The notes below the pieces were generated by a model. It did no database searches. It was not told where the DNA came from and saw only the letters and a program-made list of their open reading frames with translations. The position numbers were made by a program, and so were the translations under genes. 64,000 nt of DNA from Centroscyllium fabricii (taxonomy: Eukaryota): positions 35,712,001 to 35,776,000 of the forward strand of contig JBNRSN020000015.1 in the NCBI GenBank assembly GCA_051313645.2, written 5' to 3'. Numbering within the stretch: the first letter of the stretch is position 1; each line of letters opens with the position of its first letter. Shown here one piece after another: positions 63,207 through 64,000 of the stretch.

Positions 63207-64000
63207 CTGCAACACAAAAAAAAAATCGCACAACAGGAGTGTGATACACAAAGACTTCTTGCAGGAAAGGGGGAGACAGGAGGACGCACCTTTTTTGCAA
63301 AGGCCACAGCTTTCTTTAAATGGATAACCTTGTTTATTGAACTTTGCACATTTGGAGCAGAAACAGCACTTTTATCACAGAGTCTTGCCAATAAAAGTGG
63401 AGGGAGCAAACAGTGAAGAACTGTGGGATTTAGTGCTCTTCTTTGCTGAAACATTTTGGTGAACTTTGAGCTCGAAGTAAAGGATATCATTGCTTTTCCA
63501 CAATTTTCATTCAGCGTCAAAATCAAGTATTCCCCAGGAAGGTACAGCATAAGTAAAGCTGCCTCTGCACTGCCCCATCAAACCCTCCCAGGTCAGGTAT
63601 ACACCCCCAACAATGTGTATTAACCACATCATTTCCACTTTCCACATCAGCCACCTCTATTGACCCTGCGTGAGACTGACTGCTTCGTACCAAGTAGCAC
63701 TGCCTTAAGAGCAGCTTCATGCTTTGGACTCTTACCCACCAGCAAGTGAGTCAAGACTGAAATTCTCAGGATCCTTTTAGCCATCAGAGAGGGCAGACTG
63801 TTATGCTGTCAGTGTGGGCTAGATTGGAACCCAGATTCCACAGGACAAGTCCCGAGAGATACACCTTATTATTGTAGCCAAGAAAAACCCAACTCAGGGT
63901 TACAGCTGTAGGCCATCCCGCCCCATTCCCTTTCATTTTCTGATTGCAGGCGGTATAGCAGAGGAAAGTCCAGCCGCAAAGATCTCCAGGGAAATAACAC

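Noticed and set aside
63038-63550. 170-aa single-exon ORF
   Set aside because: Only 63062-63206 is MYPT-like and bounded by splice sites; the rest is intron read-through.

Overview
Vertebrate genomic DNA, almost certainly a cartilaginous fish (HE1/V-SINE-type and SacSINE1/Deu-type SINEs, shark-type CR1 LINEs). It is not prokaryotic. The window lies inside one minus-strand gene of the myosin phosphatase targeting subunit family, best matching PPP1R12C/MBS85. Eight coding exons (63206 down to 10078) have GT-AG ends and matching phases; the gene's start and end lie outside what I can trace. The introns hold three two-LTR but decayed Gypsy retrotransposons, a solo LTR, many CR1 fragments, SINEs, Penelope-like short inserts with target-site duplications (TSDs), MITE-like elements and three tandem arrays (24-bp, palindromic 30-bp, decayed ~65-bp). 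Most of the long ORFs in the ORF track come from the 24-bp satellite or from TEs. Best leads: (1) a Gypsy element with no tRNA primer site but a 13-nt perfect complement to its own LTR poly(A) box, suggesting self-priming or poly(A) occlusion; (2) a two-stem RNA module in CR1 3' UTRs, seen twice with different loop lengths; (3) an in-frame 516/660-bp candidate alternative exon of the host gene; (4) a 22-bp TSD-flanked retro-insertion. All family names come from recalled sequence similarity, not from database searches.
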